DNA of 32,000 nucleotides from Corynebacterium glutamicum ATCC 13032 (GTDB lineage: Bacteria > Actinomycetota > Actinomycetes > Mycobacteriales > Mycobacteriaceae). Below are positions 16,341 to 24,099 of the stretch, piece after piece. The DNA lies in contig NC_003450.3 in the NCBI RefSeq assembly GCF_000011325.1, positions 1,080,001-1,112,000 on the forward strand, read 5' to 3'. A program made the position numbers and the translations under genes. Within the stretch, counting starts at the first letter, position 1, and each line of letters starts with the position of its first letter. Under the pieces are notes generated by a model that saw only the letters and a list, made by a program, of their open reading frames with translations, was not told where the DNA came from and ran no database searches.

Positions 16341-16750
16341 GTCGAGGCGTTACAATCGATGTTGTCGAATAAGGCGATTTCGAGTTTGAAAACTGTGTGA
16401 CCATTGCGTTCGTAGAGGATATTTGGATTTCTGGCATCAAGCATTGCTTGGTCATGTTCATCGACGAACATGTTGTCGTAGCCGTGTTTCCCGCCGTCGA
16501 AAACCGTGATTTCTTCGTCGGTGTCAGTCGCCTTCGCGATGACAATGATCGGCTCGTCATCTGTGCGGACAAGAAGCTCGTAATGTTCGAAGATAGTGCC
16601 GTTGTGCTACAGCTCGAACTTCGTGCCGCTGTTTGAAGAATGCAAGGTTAGCGTGCGACCGAAATCTTGGGTGGTTAATGTGGCGTGACCTCCAAGGTGT
16701 GATGGAATTGGCTCGTTCCAAGTCGAATTCTGTCCAGCTGTTTTAGGCAT
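16340..16750 (-). pseudogene. Unknown protein gene coupled to the SUKH gene; in-frame TAG and 3' truncation
   Basis: ATG 16750 overlaps the SUKH gene end by 8 nt. Reads MPKTAGQNSTWNEPIPSHLGGHATLTTQDFGRTLTLHSSNSGTKFEL, then TAG (16607-16609), then HNGTIFEHYELLVRTDDEPIIVIAKATDTDEEITVFDGGKHGYDNMFVDEHDQAMLDARNPNILYERNGHTVFKLEIALFDNID. It ends abruptly at the ISL3 fragment. Confidence 0.5.
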
Positions 16751-17111
16751 CCTCAAGTTCAGTTTCGATCAGGGGTTCATCTTCGTGCGACCAGATGTAG
16801 AAAGCATCATCGTCGGGAAGCAGAATTATTAAGTCGCCCGTTCCGTCATTTGCAATTGCGATCGCATTTTCGGGGAAATTGTCCCATTCACGTGCAGATT
16901 CGGTCTCGCGGATGATGTCGTTGGCAGTTCGGACAAGCCTTTTTCGGTCGCTGTCATCACGAACTGGATGGAGAATCCAGTCGTTGTTTTCATTGTCGAT
17001 GACTTCGCCACCATTGTTTTGAAGTAGTCGTTCGCGCAAAGTTTCGGGGAGGCGCCTGCCAAGGGTTTCCTCAGCTGCCAGGATTTTGTCTTCTGTCACG
17101 GGGAAAGCCAT
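16743..17111 (-). CDS. SMI1/KNR4 (SUKH-1) family protein, immunity-protein type
   Basis: 122 aa. ILAAEETLGRRLPETLRERLLQNNGGEV...WILHPV...IAIANDGTGDLIILLPDDDAFYIWSHE matches the SUKH-1 pattern (LP..Y..FL...NGG, ...IPFA.DG.GN..C.D). Confidence 0.8.
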   Translation of the reverse strand: MAFPVTEDKILAAEETLGRRLPETLRERLLQNNGGEVIDNENNDWILHPVRDDSDRKRLVRTANDIIRETESAREWDNFPENAIAIANDGTGDLIILLPDDDAFYIWSHEDEPLIETELEDA

Positions 17112-17228
17112 GCCACCATAATACGGGCCAAAAGCGTTAAAAGATGTTTGCTTTTCGACGCCACGACCCTCCCATTTCTACAATAAGTAGAGTGTAAGCA
17201 GCCTCAAGGACAAGGAAGTGATCAGAAG

Positions 17229-17729
17229 GTGGCGTCGCCAGAGAATATTCTCTTGTATCTTCCCGAAAAGGAAGAACAGCAGGTGCGGGAGGTGTTTGCT
17301 GGTCTGGAGGAGCAAGGGTTTCCCGTCCAGAATCAAAAACCACACATCACTATTACTTTTTCTCCCTCGATGCCAGACGATGTTGTGCAGCGAGCCTCGG
17401 AGCTGCTTCCACCTGTGATGCCAGCCAGATTCGCGCGCGTTGGAACAGTGGTATTTGGAACCAAGCGAAAACAAACCGTGGCGTGGCTGTTGGAAACATC
17501 TGAAGAACTAGAGGAAGTTGCGAGGAATATTAGCGCACTTAATCCGAACGGGCGTGGGCAACGTTGGGTTCCTCACTTAACTATGGGGTTGCGGCTTCCG
17601 AGGGAGATTGTTCCCGATTACATTCGAGCCTTGGATGAGGTGACGTCGCCGCATTTCAAAGAGTTCACCGCAACAACGGCTGCATATTGGCGACCTAAAA
17701 TTCATCACCTCACCGTTTTTAAGGCTTAG
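17229..17729 (+). CDS. 2H phosphoesterase superfamily protein (LigT/2'-5' RNA ligase-like cyclic phosphodiesterase)
   Basis: 166 aa with the two diagnostic Hx(T/S) motifs, PHITITF and PHLTMGL, at the expected spacing. GTG start. Confidence 0.7.
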   Translation: MASPENILLYLPEKEEQQVREVFAGLEEQGFPVQNQKPHITITFSPSMPDDVVQRASELLPPVMPARFARVGTVVFGTKRKQTVAWLLETSEELEEVARNISALNPNGRGQRWVPHLTMGLRLPREIVPDYIRALDEVTSPHFKEFTATTAAYWRPKIHHLTVFKA

Positions 17730-17749
17730 AAAAATAGCAGTGTTGGGAT

Positions 17750-18595
17750 GTGAATATCCATTTATGCTGCTGTAGTCGGCTATGTGGACGCATGGTGGCA
17801 ACCTCTCAGTTTATCGATGACAGCGAGGCTGCCCAGGCGGTACGCGCAGCTATTGTTGCAGGATACCGAAACATTGATACTGCCCTAGCGTATGGAAACG
17901 AGCGCGGCGTTGGCGAAGGCATTCGCACCGCTGGAGTGCCCCGCGAGGAGCTCTTTATTTCCACCAAGCTAGCTGCAGAAATCAAAGATTACGATGGAGC
18001 AGTCGCCGCGATTGATGAGTCTTTGGCGAAAATTGGCTTGGATTATGTCGATCTGATGCTCATTCACTCCCCACAACCATGGAGTGATTTCCGTGGTGGG
18101 GACTATTCAGAGGGAAACCGTGAAGCGTGGCGCGCGCTGGAAGATGCCTACAAAGCCGGAAAGATTCGATCCATTGGTGTCTCGAACTTCCTGGAGGCCG
18201 ATCTGGAGAATATCTTAGACTCCGCGACGGTTGCTCCTCACGTTAATCAGCTTCTTGTGCATGTTGGAAACACCCCAAGCGAGTTAATCAGTTTCTGCGA
18301 TTCCAAGGGCATTCTGGTCGAAGCATATTCACCCATCGCCCACGGAGAGATGCTGAAGAACCAGCAGGTCAAGGCGATTGCTGACAAGTACAACGTGAGC
18401 ATTCCGCAGCTATGCATTCGGTACACAATTCAACTGGGAACGGTGTCTTTGCCAAAGACTGCCAACCCAGATCATATGAGCTCCAATGCGCAGATCGACT
18501 TTGAAATTTCCGAGGAAGACATGGCGGCACTTCAAGAAGTGACCGCCCGCGATTATGGCGAGCACAGCGGTTTTCCTGTGTATTCCGGCAAGTAG
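17750..18595 (+). CDS. Aldo/keto reductase (2,5-diketo-D-gluconate reductase-like); N-terminus atypical
   Basis: GYRNIDTALAYGNE (Asp, Tyr), ISTKL (Lys), LIHSP (His), IGVSNF. The first 15 residues of the ORF do not look AKR-like, and the usual N-terminal hairpin appears only in another frame (see findings). Confidence 0.8.
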   Translation: MNIHLCCCSRLCGRMVATSQFIDDSEAAQAVRAAIVAGYRNIDTALAYGNERGVGEGIRTAGVPREELFISTKLAAEIKDYDGAVAAIDESLAKIGLDYVDLMLIHSPQPWSDFRGGDYSEGNREAWRALEDAYKAGKIRSIGVSNFLEADLENILDSATVAPHVNQLLVHVGNTPSELISFCDSKGILVEAYSPIAHGEMLKNQQVKAIADKYNVSIPQLCIRYTIQLGTVSLPKTANPDHMSSNAQIDFEISEEDMAALQEVTARDYGEHSGFPVYSGK

Positions 18596-18608
18596 AAAGA
18601 TTTTTATC

Positions 18609-18932
18609 ATGGGACAAAAAGTAACCGCAGGTCGTGACATCCTAGGAGAGTTTGCACCTAAGTCCGCTGAACTCAACGATGATGTCCTCTTTGGCCAGGT
18701 GTGGTCGAGGGAATCAGAGCTTTCCCCACGTGACCGAAGCATCGTGATCGTGACAATGTTGATGGCAAGTGGCGTGCTGGATAGTGCTTTTGAAAGCCAC
18801 GTTCAGCGAGCCAAAGACAACGGTGTCACTGCTGAAGAAATCGCAGAGATCATCACCCACGTGGCCTTTTATGCAGGTTGGCCAAAGGCTTGGGCTGCGT
18901 TCCGCATCGCAAAGGACATTTACACCAAGTAA
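18609..18932 (+). CDS. Carboxymuconolactone decarboxylase (CMD/AhpD-like) family protein
   Basis: 107 aa from ATG 18609. LSPRDRSIVIVTMLMA...AEEIAEIITHVAFYAGWPKAWAA is the typical CMD domain core. Confidence 0.85.
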   Translation: MGQKVTAGRDILGEFAPKSAELNDDVLFGQVWSRESELSPRDRSIVIVTMLMASGVLDSAFESHVQRAKDNGVTAEEIAEIITHVAFYAGWPKAWAAFRIAKDIYTK

Positions 18933-18952
18933 TAGCGAGGCAGAAAACACAT

Positions 18953-18993
18953 GAAGGTGGGCGTCGAAAAGCATGCTTCTCGACGCCACCTTC
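18953..18993. terminator. Bidirectional hairpin terminator between convergent genes
   Basis: GAAGGTGGGCGTCGAAAAGCATGCTTCTCGACGCCACCTTC forms a stem of about 18 bp with one bulge around a palindromic centre. It sits between the CMD gene (stop 18932) and the minus-strand NAD(P)-binding gene. Confidence 0.75.
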
Positions 18994-19111
18994 AGCTGCA
19001 GGGCCTAGGCGCTAGGCAGAAACGCTGGCTAGATCTGTTTGGAATAGTGGGGCAGTGGATTCCACAGGAACGATATTGGAATCGAGGATGCCGTCAATAT
19101 CATCGGTATCG

Positions 19112-19768
19112 TCAGCCCGAAGTGCTGCAAAAGTTGCGGTCAGGCTTTCCTTGGGCAGGTCCATAAGTGGCAGAAAGCTCGAAGGTTTTGTTTCGTGCTT
19201 TTGCATCATTCAAACTGCTAACCAAAACTCGCGCGATTTGATCACGCGCAATCACGCCATCGGCTGGGCCACCCGACTGATTGGTGTCGCCTTGAAGCAT
19301 GACGATCTGACGCTCGTCATCGTTGTTGTAATCAAACCAACCAGGGCGAACAATGGTGTAACCGTGTCCGCTAGCTCGAACAAGTTGCTCGCCATGTCGC
19401 TTCCACTCGGCATAAGCCACACCTGGGCGGGTCGTTCCAACGGCGGTCATCAGCACAATTTTTACATCTTTTCCCTTGACTGCCTTCAACGTGTTGGCAA
19501 CGCCGGTGTAATCAACATCCCGCACATCGCTTTTACGAGTGGAGGTGCCGTGAGTGAAAATGATTCCCTCGACGCCTTTTACAGCTTTCTCAATCGAGGA
19601 AGGATCAAGCAGGTCTCCTACGATAATCTCTGCCTCAGCTGGAAGCACCCGTGCACGGGACTTGCTACGGACAAATGCCTTAACTTGGTATCCCTGGTTA
19701 AGTGCTTCCGAGACAACATGTCGGCCTATGCTTCCTGTTGCTCCTATGACTAAAACTGTCTCACTCAT
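19112..19768 (-). CDS. NAD(P)H-binding atypical SDR (NmrA/SDR_a5-like); apparent 3' frameshift
   Basis: VLVIGATGSIGRHVV Rossmann motif ...YTIVRPGWF. The expected C-terminal tail (ESLTATFAALRADDTDD...) continues in another frame down to 19012. Confidence 0.85.
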   Translation of the reverse strand: MSETVLVIGATGSIGRHVVSEALNQGYQVKAFVRSKSRARVLPAEAEIIVGDLLDPSSIEKAVKGVEGIIFTHGTSTRKSDVRDVDYTGVANTLKAVKGKDVKIVLMTAVGTTRPGVAYAEWKRHGEQLVRASGHGYTIVRPGWFDYNNDDERQIVMLQGDTNQSGGPADGVIARDQIARVLVSSLNDAKARNKTFELSATYGPAQGKPDRNFCSTSG

Positions 19769-19916
19769 AATGTTCTCCTAGGTTCTTTGGGTTTGGGATG
19801 TTCCCTCAATCCATCTAATCCGTGTTTCAATTGCCCTGGGAGTGGCTGTTTACCCTGGTATTAGCAAAACTTCTTAAAGAGCCTTTTTGTGCCTTTATCC
19901 GAGTATCTTTAAAAGC

Positions 19917-21656
19917 ATGAGTATTAAGTGGGCGCGCTTTGTACCGGGGATAACCGCGATGCGGGGCTATCAACGATCCTGGTTGAAGGGTGATGTCATC
20001 GCGGGTATAACCGTGGCCGCGTACTTGGTTCCACAAGTCATGGCTTATGCCGTCATTGCGGGGCTGCCAGCTGTCGTTGGTCTGTGGGGAGTTCTGGCTC
20101 CCATGGCGCTGTACTTTTTCTTGGGCACGTCTCGAAATCTCTCGGTTGGTCCTGAATCAACCACCGCTCTGATGACGGCTGCAGGTGTGGGAGCTTTAGT
20201 CGGGGCAGCTGGCGGGCCTGAACGATACGCAGAAGTAGCGGCACTATTGGCTATTGCAGTGGGCATTGTATGCGCTGTTGGTTTTATTGGCCGATTGGGA
20301 TTTCTTACCAGGCTGTTGTCTCGACCGGTGCTCGTTGGATATTTGATCGGTATTGCAGTCTTGATGATCGTCAGTCAGCTGTCCAAAGTCACCCAGGTGA
20401 ATGTGGAGAGCGGTCAGACGTGGCAGGAAATAATATCGTTTATCAAAGTAGCTGGCCAGGCACATATTCCTACAGTGATTTTGGCAGTCGTGGTGTTGAG
20501 CTTGCTGTATCTGGCAAATTGGTTGACGCCTAAATTTCCCAGCACACTCATGGTTCTTCTGCTTTCGGCAGCCGCGGTGGGGTTTTTTCATCTGGATAGG
20601 TTTGGTCTTGAGGTCATTGGTGAGGTGCCCCGTGGCCTGCCTCAACCAAGTATTCCCTCGATTGGCGATCTAGAGATCTGGTCGTTGTTGCCCTATGCCG
20701 TGGGTATTGCCATCGTTGGTTTTTCAGACAATGTGTTGACTGCTCGTGCATTCGCGTCGGGAAAAGATGAGGTGATTGATTCCAACCAGGAGCTGCTCGC
20801 ACTGGGAACCGCAAACCTGGCGAATGGGTTCTTCCAGGGATTTCCTGTGTCATCGAGTGGCTCCCGAACTGTTCTTGGAGACACGGCAGGTGCTCGCACT
20901 CAGGTGCATTCACTTGTCGTGGTGGCGCTGGTGATCATGGTGCTGTTGTTTGCTGGTCCTGTGCTCGAGTCTTTCCCAGATGCGGCACTTGGCGCCTTAG
21001 TTATTTATGCAGCAACGCAGTTGATTGATATCGCAGAGATCAAAAGGATCGCACGTTTCCGCAAGAGCGAGTTGGTCATCACAGCGGCTACTGCTGCATC
21101 CGTTGTGGCTTCTGGCGTGCTCGCGGGGATCGGCGTTGCGGTTACGTTGTCCATCTTGGATCTCATCAGACGTATTACCCGACCTTATGCCGATGTCCTA
21201 GGATATACGCCGGGCATGGCTGGAATGCACAGCTTGGAGGATTATCCTGAGTCGACAGCAGTCGAAGGGCTCGTGGTTTTTAGATACGATTCCCCACTGT
21301 TTTTCGCCAACGCTGATGATTTTTCCAAACGTGCCATCGAAGCCGTTGATGAAGCAACTCAACCCGTGCATTGGTTTTTACTGAATGCTGAAGCGAATAC
21401 GGAAGTTGATCTCACGGCCGTCGATGCCATGGAAGCACTTCGCAAAACCCTGGAGGAACGGGGTATCCGATTTGCGATGGCCCGGGTGAAGCAAGATCTA
21501 CGCCGAAGCCTCGAGCCTGCAGGTTTCATTGAATCCGTGGGGGAGGAGTACATTTTCGCCACACTCCCCACTGCAGTCAAGGGGTATTCCGTGGAGTTTC
21601 GCGATCGTTTTGGAAACTATCCAGAAGGCGTTCCGAAAGAAATTTTGGAACTTTAA
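19917..21656 (+). CDS. SulP family anion (sulfate/bicarbonate) permease with C-terminal STAS domain
   Basis: WLKGDVIAGITVAAYLVPQVMAYAVIAGLP...LSVGPESTTALM... is the polytopic core. STAS-like tail VVFRYDSPLFFANADDF...WFLLNAEANTEVDLTAVDAM. ATG 19917 is preferred over the ORF-track start. Confidence 0.9.
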   Translation: MSIKWARFVPGITAMRGYQRSWLKGDVIAGITVAAYLVPQVMAYAVIAGLPAVVGLWGVLAPMALYFFLGTSRNLSVGPESTTALMTAAGVGALVGAAGGPERYAEVAALLAIAVGIVCAVGFIGRLGFLTRLLSRPVLVGYLIGIAVLMIVSQLSKVTQVNVESGQTWQEIISFIKVAGQAHIPTVILAVVVLSLLYLANWLTPKFPSTLMVLLLSAAAVGFFHLDRFGLEVIGEVPRGLPQPSIPSIGDLEIWSLLPYAVGIAIVGFSDNVLTARAFASGKDEVIDSNQELLALGTANLANGFFQGFPVSSSGSRTVLGDTAGARTQVHSLVVVALVIMVLLFAGPVLESFPDAALGALVIYAATQLIDIAEIKRIARFRKSELVITAATAASVVASGVLAGIGVAVTLSILDLIRRITRPYADVLGYTPGMAGMHSLEDYPESTAVEGLVVFRYDSPLFFANADDFSKRAIEAVDEATQPVHWFLLNAEANTEVDLTAVDAMEALRKTLEERGIRFAMARVKQDLRRSLEPAGFIESVGEEYIFATLPTAVKGYSVEFRDRFGNYPEGVPKEILEL

Positions 21657-22042
21657 GCTGCCTGGTTGGCGGACTTAGTCATGAATCAACTTGTTGGATT
21701 TCATCTCTTTAATGAGGATTACAACGTCAATGATCATCTGCGAAATACGGCCTTCAGCCATGTTTAGTTTCCCTTCGAAATGAATCAATAGATTTTCACA
21801 GTATTCTGAACTCTAGGTTCAAATCACTCCATCCCAGCCACCGGAATCTAAAATCTCAAGCATCTTGACCTTCGAGAGATTCAAGTTCTGCAGTAGCTAA
21901 CCAGCGGGAGAACTCTTCAATCAGATAACAGAGTCTGGCCAGCTCTGCACACGTTTTATTGATTGTGCAGCAATAAATCGAGGTTCAAAACATAGGACCG
22001 CATTAGCGATTAGCGCGCGCTGAGCTTTAGTTTACAGCTAAC

Positions 22043-23195
22043 ATGAGGTGCATAAACAAAACGGTAGATCAGCAAATCGCACTGTTTGGGCAATCGGGAA
22101 GCGGAAAAACTGCATTATTGTGCTCTTTTTATGGTACCGCACGGGAATCCTCGCAAGAGGACGTGAAATTATTCGAGATCTCTGCCGAAGATGATCGACA
22201 CACAGAATTGATGAGACTGTATCTGGGAATGAGAGATGATTCGCTTTTCCCACCTGCGAATCGATTTGAGTCAAAAAATACAGTCTTTTCTCTGAAACAA
22301 AAAGGTGTTCCGATTAAAGAAGCACGGAAGGCAGATCAGGTCCGGGTGACCTGGAATGATTATCCTGGCGAGTGGTTCGAGGGAGGGGCCACGACGGAAT
22401 CAGAAAAACAGGACAAGATCAATACTTTTAGAAACCTGTTGGGTTCAGACGTAGCACTCTTTTTGGTTGATGGGCAAAGGCTTCATGACTATGCCGATGA
22501 TGAGGAGCGCTATCTTACGTACCTTTTTGATAGCTTCACTGAATCCTTGAGCCAAATCAAAGAGGCGATTTTGGAGGATGGTACACCGCTCCAACAGTTC
22601 CCTCGCATCTGGGTGATTGCTTTGTCTAAAGCTGATTTATAGCCGGATCTCACGGTTACAGAATTCGAAAATCTGCTAATTAAAAAGGCAGGCAATGAAA
22701 TCAATGAACTGCGTTCAAAGCTGCTCGAATTTATCGATAATGATGAAGCCTTCTCATTTGGAAAAGACTTCCTACTTTTATCATCAGCGAAATTCACTCC
22801 CGGGACATACTGATCTCAGCCAGCGCAAGGGCGTCGATGTGCTCCTACCTCTGGCTTGTGTTCTGCCGATCCAGCACCAGCTCTGGTGGCAGGAGCTGAG
22901 AGTTTTGCCAATTAACTTGGCGAACAGACTTGTTGGAAATGAATTTGTCAAGAATGGCATGAAGATCATCTTCAAAATGGCTAGTAACAAGTTCATCGAC
23001 AACAAAAAGGGGCTGGCTATGCTAGTTTTTGCCGAACTTGTGATGGAAATGCTTGATCAGCCTGAAGAACAACTTCATAATGTGCGTGGAGTGGCTATTG
23101 AGAAGCGGGAGTTCCTCAAAGCTCTCACCGCTGATTTCACCAGCAGACTTAAACAAGCTCAAACCGATAAGATTCTTGTTTGGGATTTCGCATGA
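22043..23195 (+). pseudogene. P-loop small-GTPase-like NTPase with helical C-terminal region, inactivated
   Basis: Walker A GQSGSGKT, DYPGEW (DxxG-like), ALFLVDG, ALSKAD (NKxD-like). The frame is broken by TAG at 22640-22642. It continues PDLTVTEFENLLIKKAGNEINELRSKLLEF...SSAKFTPG, then shifts +1 near 22790-22811 into ...TDLSQRKGVDVLLPL...KILVWDFA. Confidence 0.6.
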
Positions 23196-23527
23196 CTATT
23201 ATGTGGGCGACCCGTGGAAAAAATTGGGGTTTCCGATTCCTCGCCGACGGTGCCGAAAGTGATCCACTTCCTACCTATACGAAAGCTTTTGAAAATCGGG
23301 AGTGGGAAAGAGAATTTATTCGGACGAGTCCAGAATTCACAGCTGCTCGCATTGACGACCCGCTCGATCGCACCGACAACGTCGGTCGGACCATACCGCA
23401 TGATTTTGTTCTTCGTGGGCAGTTTGCGGAGGGTATCAACACACTAGAGGATGTCCGCGAGATCATTTGGCCACTAGTCGCGCAACAGTATGAAGACATA
23501 TGGGATCAACCAATTAACTCTGATTAA
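23192..23527 (+). CDS. Hypothetical 111-aa protein translationally coupled to the GTPase-like gene
   Basis: ATGA overlap with the upstream frame. MTIMWATRGKNWGFRFLADGAESDPLPTYTKAFENREWEREFIRTSPEF... I recognise no family. It is soluble and acidic. Confidence 0.5.
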   Translation: MTIMWATRGKNWGFRFLADGAESDPLPTYTKAFENREWEREFIRTSPEFTAARIDDPLDRTDNVGRTIPHDFVLRGQFAEGINTLEDVREIIWPLVAQQYEDIWDQPINSD

Positions 23528-23711
23528 TCCTGACGCCACTAGAGATAAACATTCGGATTTTTAGACACTTTCAACACAGTTGCTGTTGTCATCAACCTCA
23601 CCACGGAATCTATTTTGTTCCCGTGTTGCTCGTTTTTTGATTCGCAGATACCTGTGAGCAAAGCGTGAAAATCCAGAGTCGTAGTCCTACATAGTAACGG
23701 TTAAAGTCTCG

Positions 23712-23975
23712 TTAGCATGGCCTTTCCTCCTTCGGAACGGTAACTCCGGAGTAGATCAGCCAGATAAACAGAACCACTTCGCCCACGAATGTGAACTCAG
23801 AAATGCCAGGATTTGGGGAGCCTAGGAGCACTGCCACTGCATCGACTAAATATCCTATGCCTGTGATGACCGCTAGGGTGCCGATGATCGTAGGAACCTT
23901 AAGGGATAGGCACAGCAGCACGCCTATGAGGATGAGATGGACTCCAAATATTGCCAGGTTTAACCGTTGATTGGG
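23712..23975 (-). pseudogene. C-terminal remnant of a DUF4386-like membrane protein
   Basis: LAIFGVHLILIGVLLCLSLKVPTIIGTLAVITGIGYLVDAVAVLL...ISEFTFVGEVVLFIWLIYSG resembles the last two or three helices of that family. There is no room for the N-terminal half before the VWA gene stop at 24100. Confidence 0.4.
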
Positions 23976-24099
23976 ACACTTTGTTAGACCCCTATGATTC
24001 TGAGCAGAGTGTTGTTGTGTGGACTGGTAAGCCAGGCAGCAATACCCACAAATCACTCATGGTTCTTGCTGGCCTGGCTAAGGCGAAAACGTCCAATGC

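Noticed and set aside
19055-19753. 232-aa plus-strand ORF opposite the NAD(P)H-binding SDR
   Set aside because: It has no motifs. The minus strand has a textbook GATGxxG Rossmann start and a full-length fold pattern.
16607-22642. In-frame TAG codons as programmed recoding (pyrrolysine or read-through)
   Set aside because: There is no pyl machinery in view, and it is not expected in actinobacteria. The affected genes also carry frameshifts or truncations, so plain nonsense mutations are the simpler reading.
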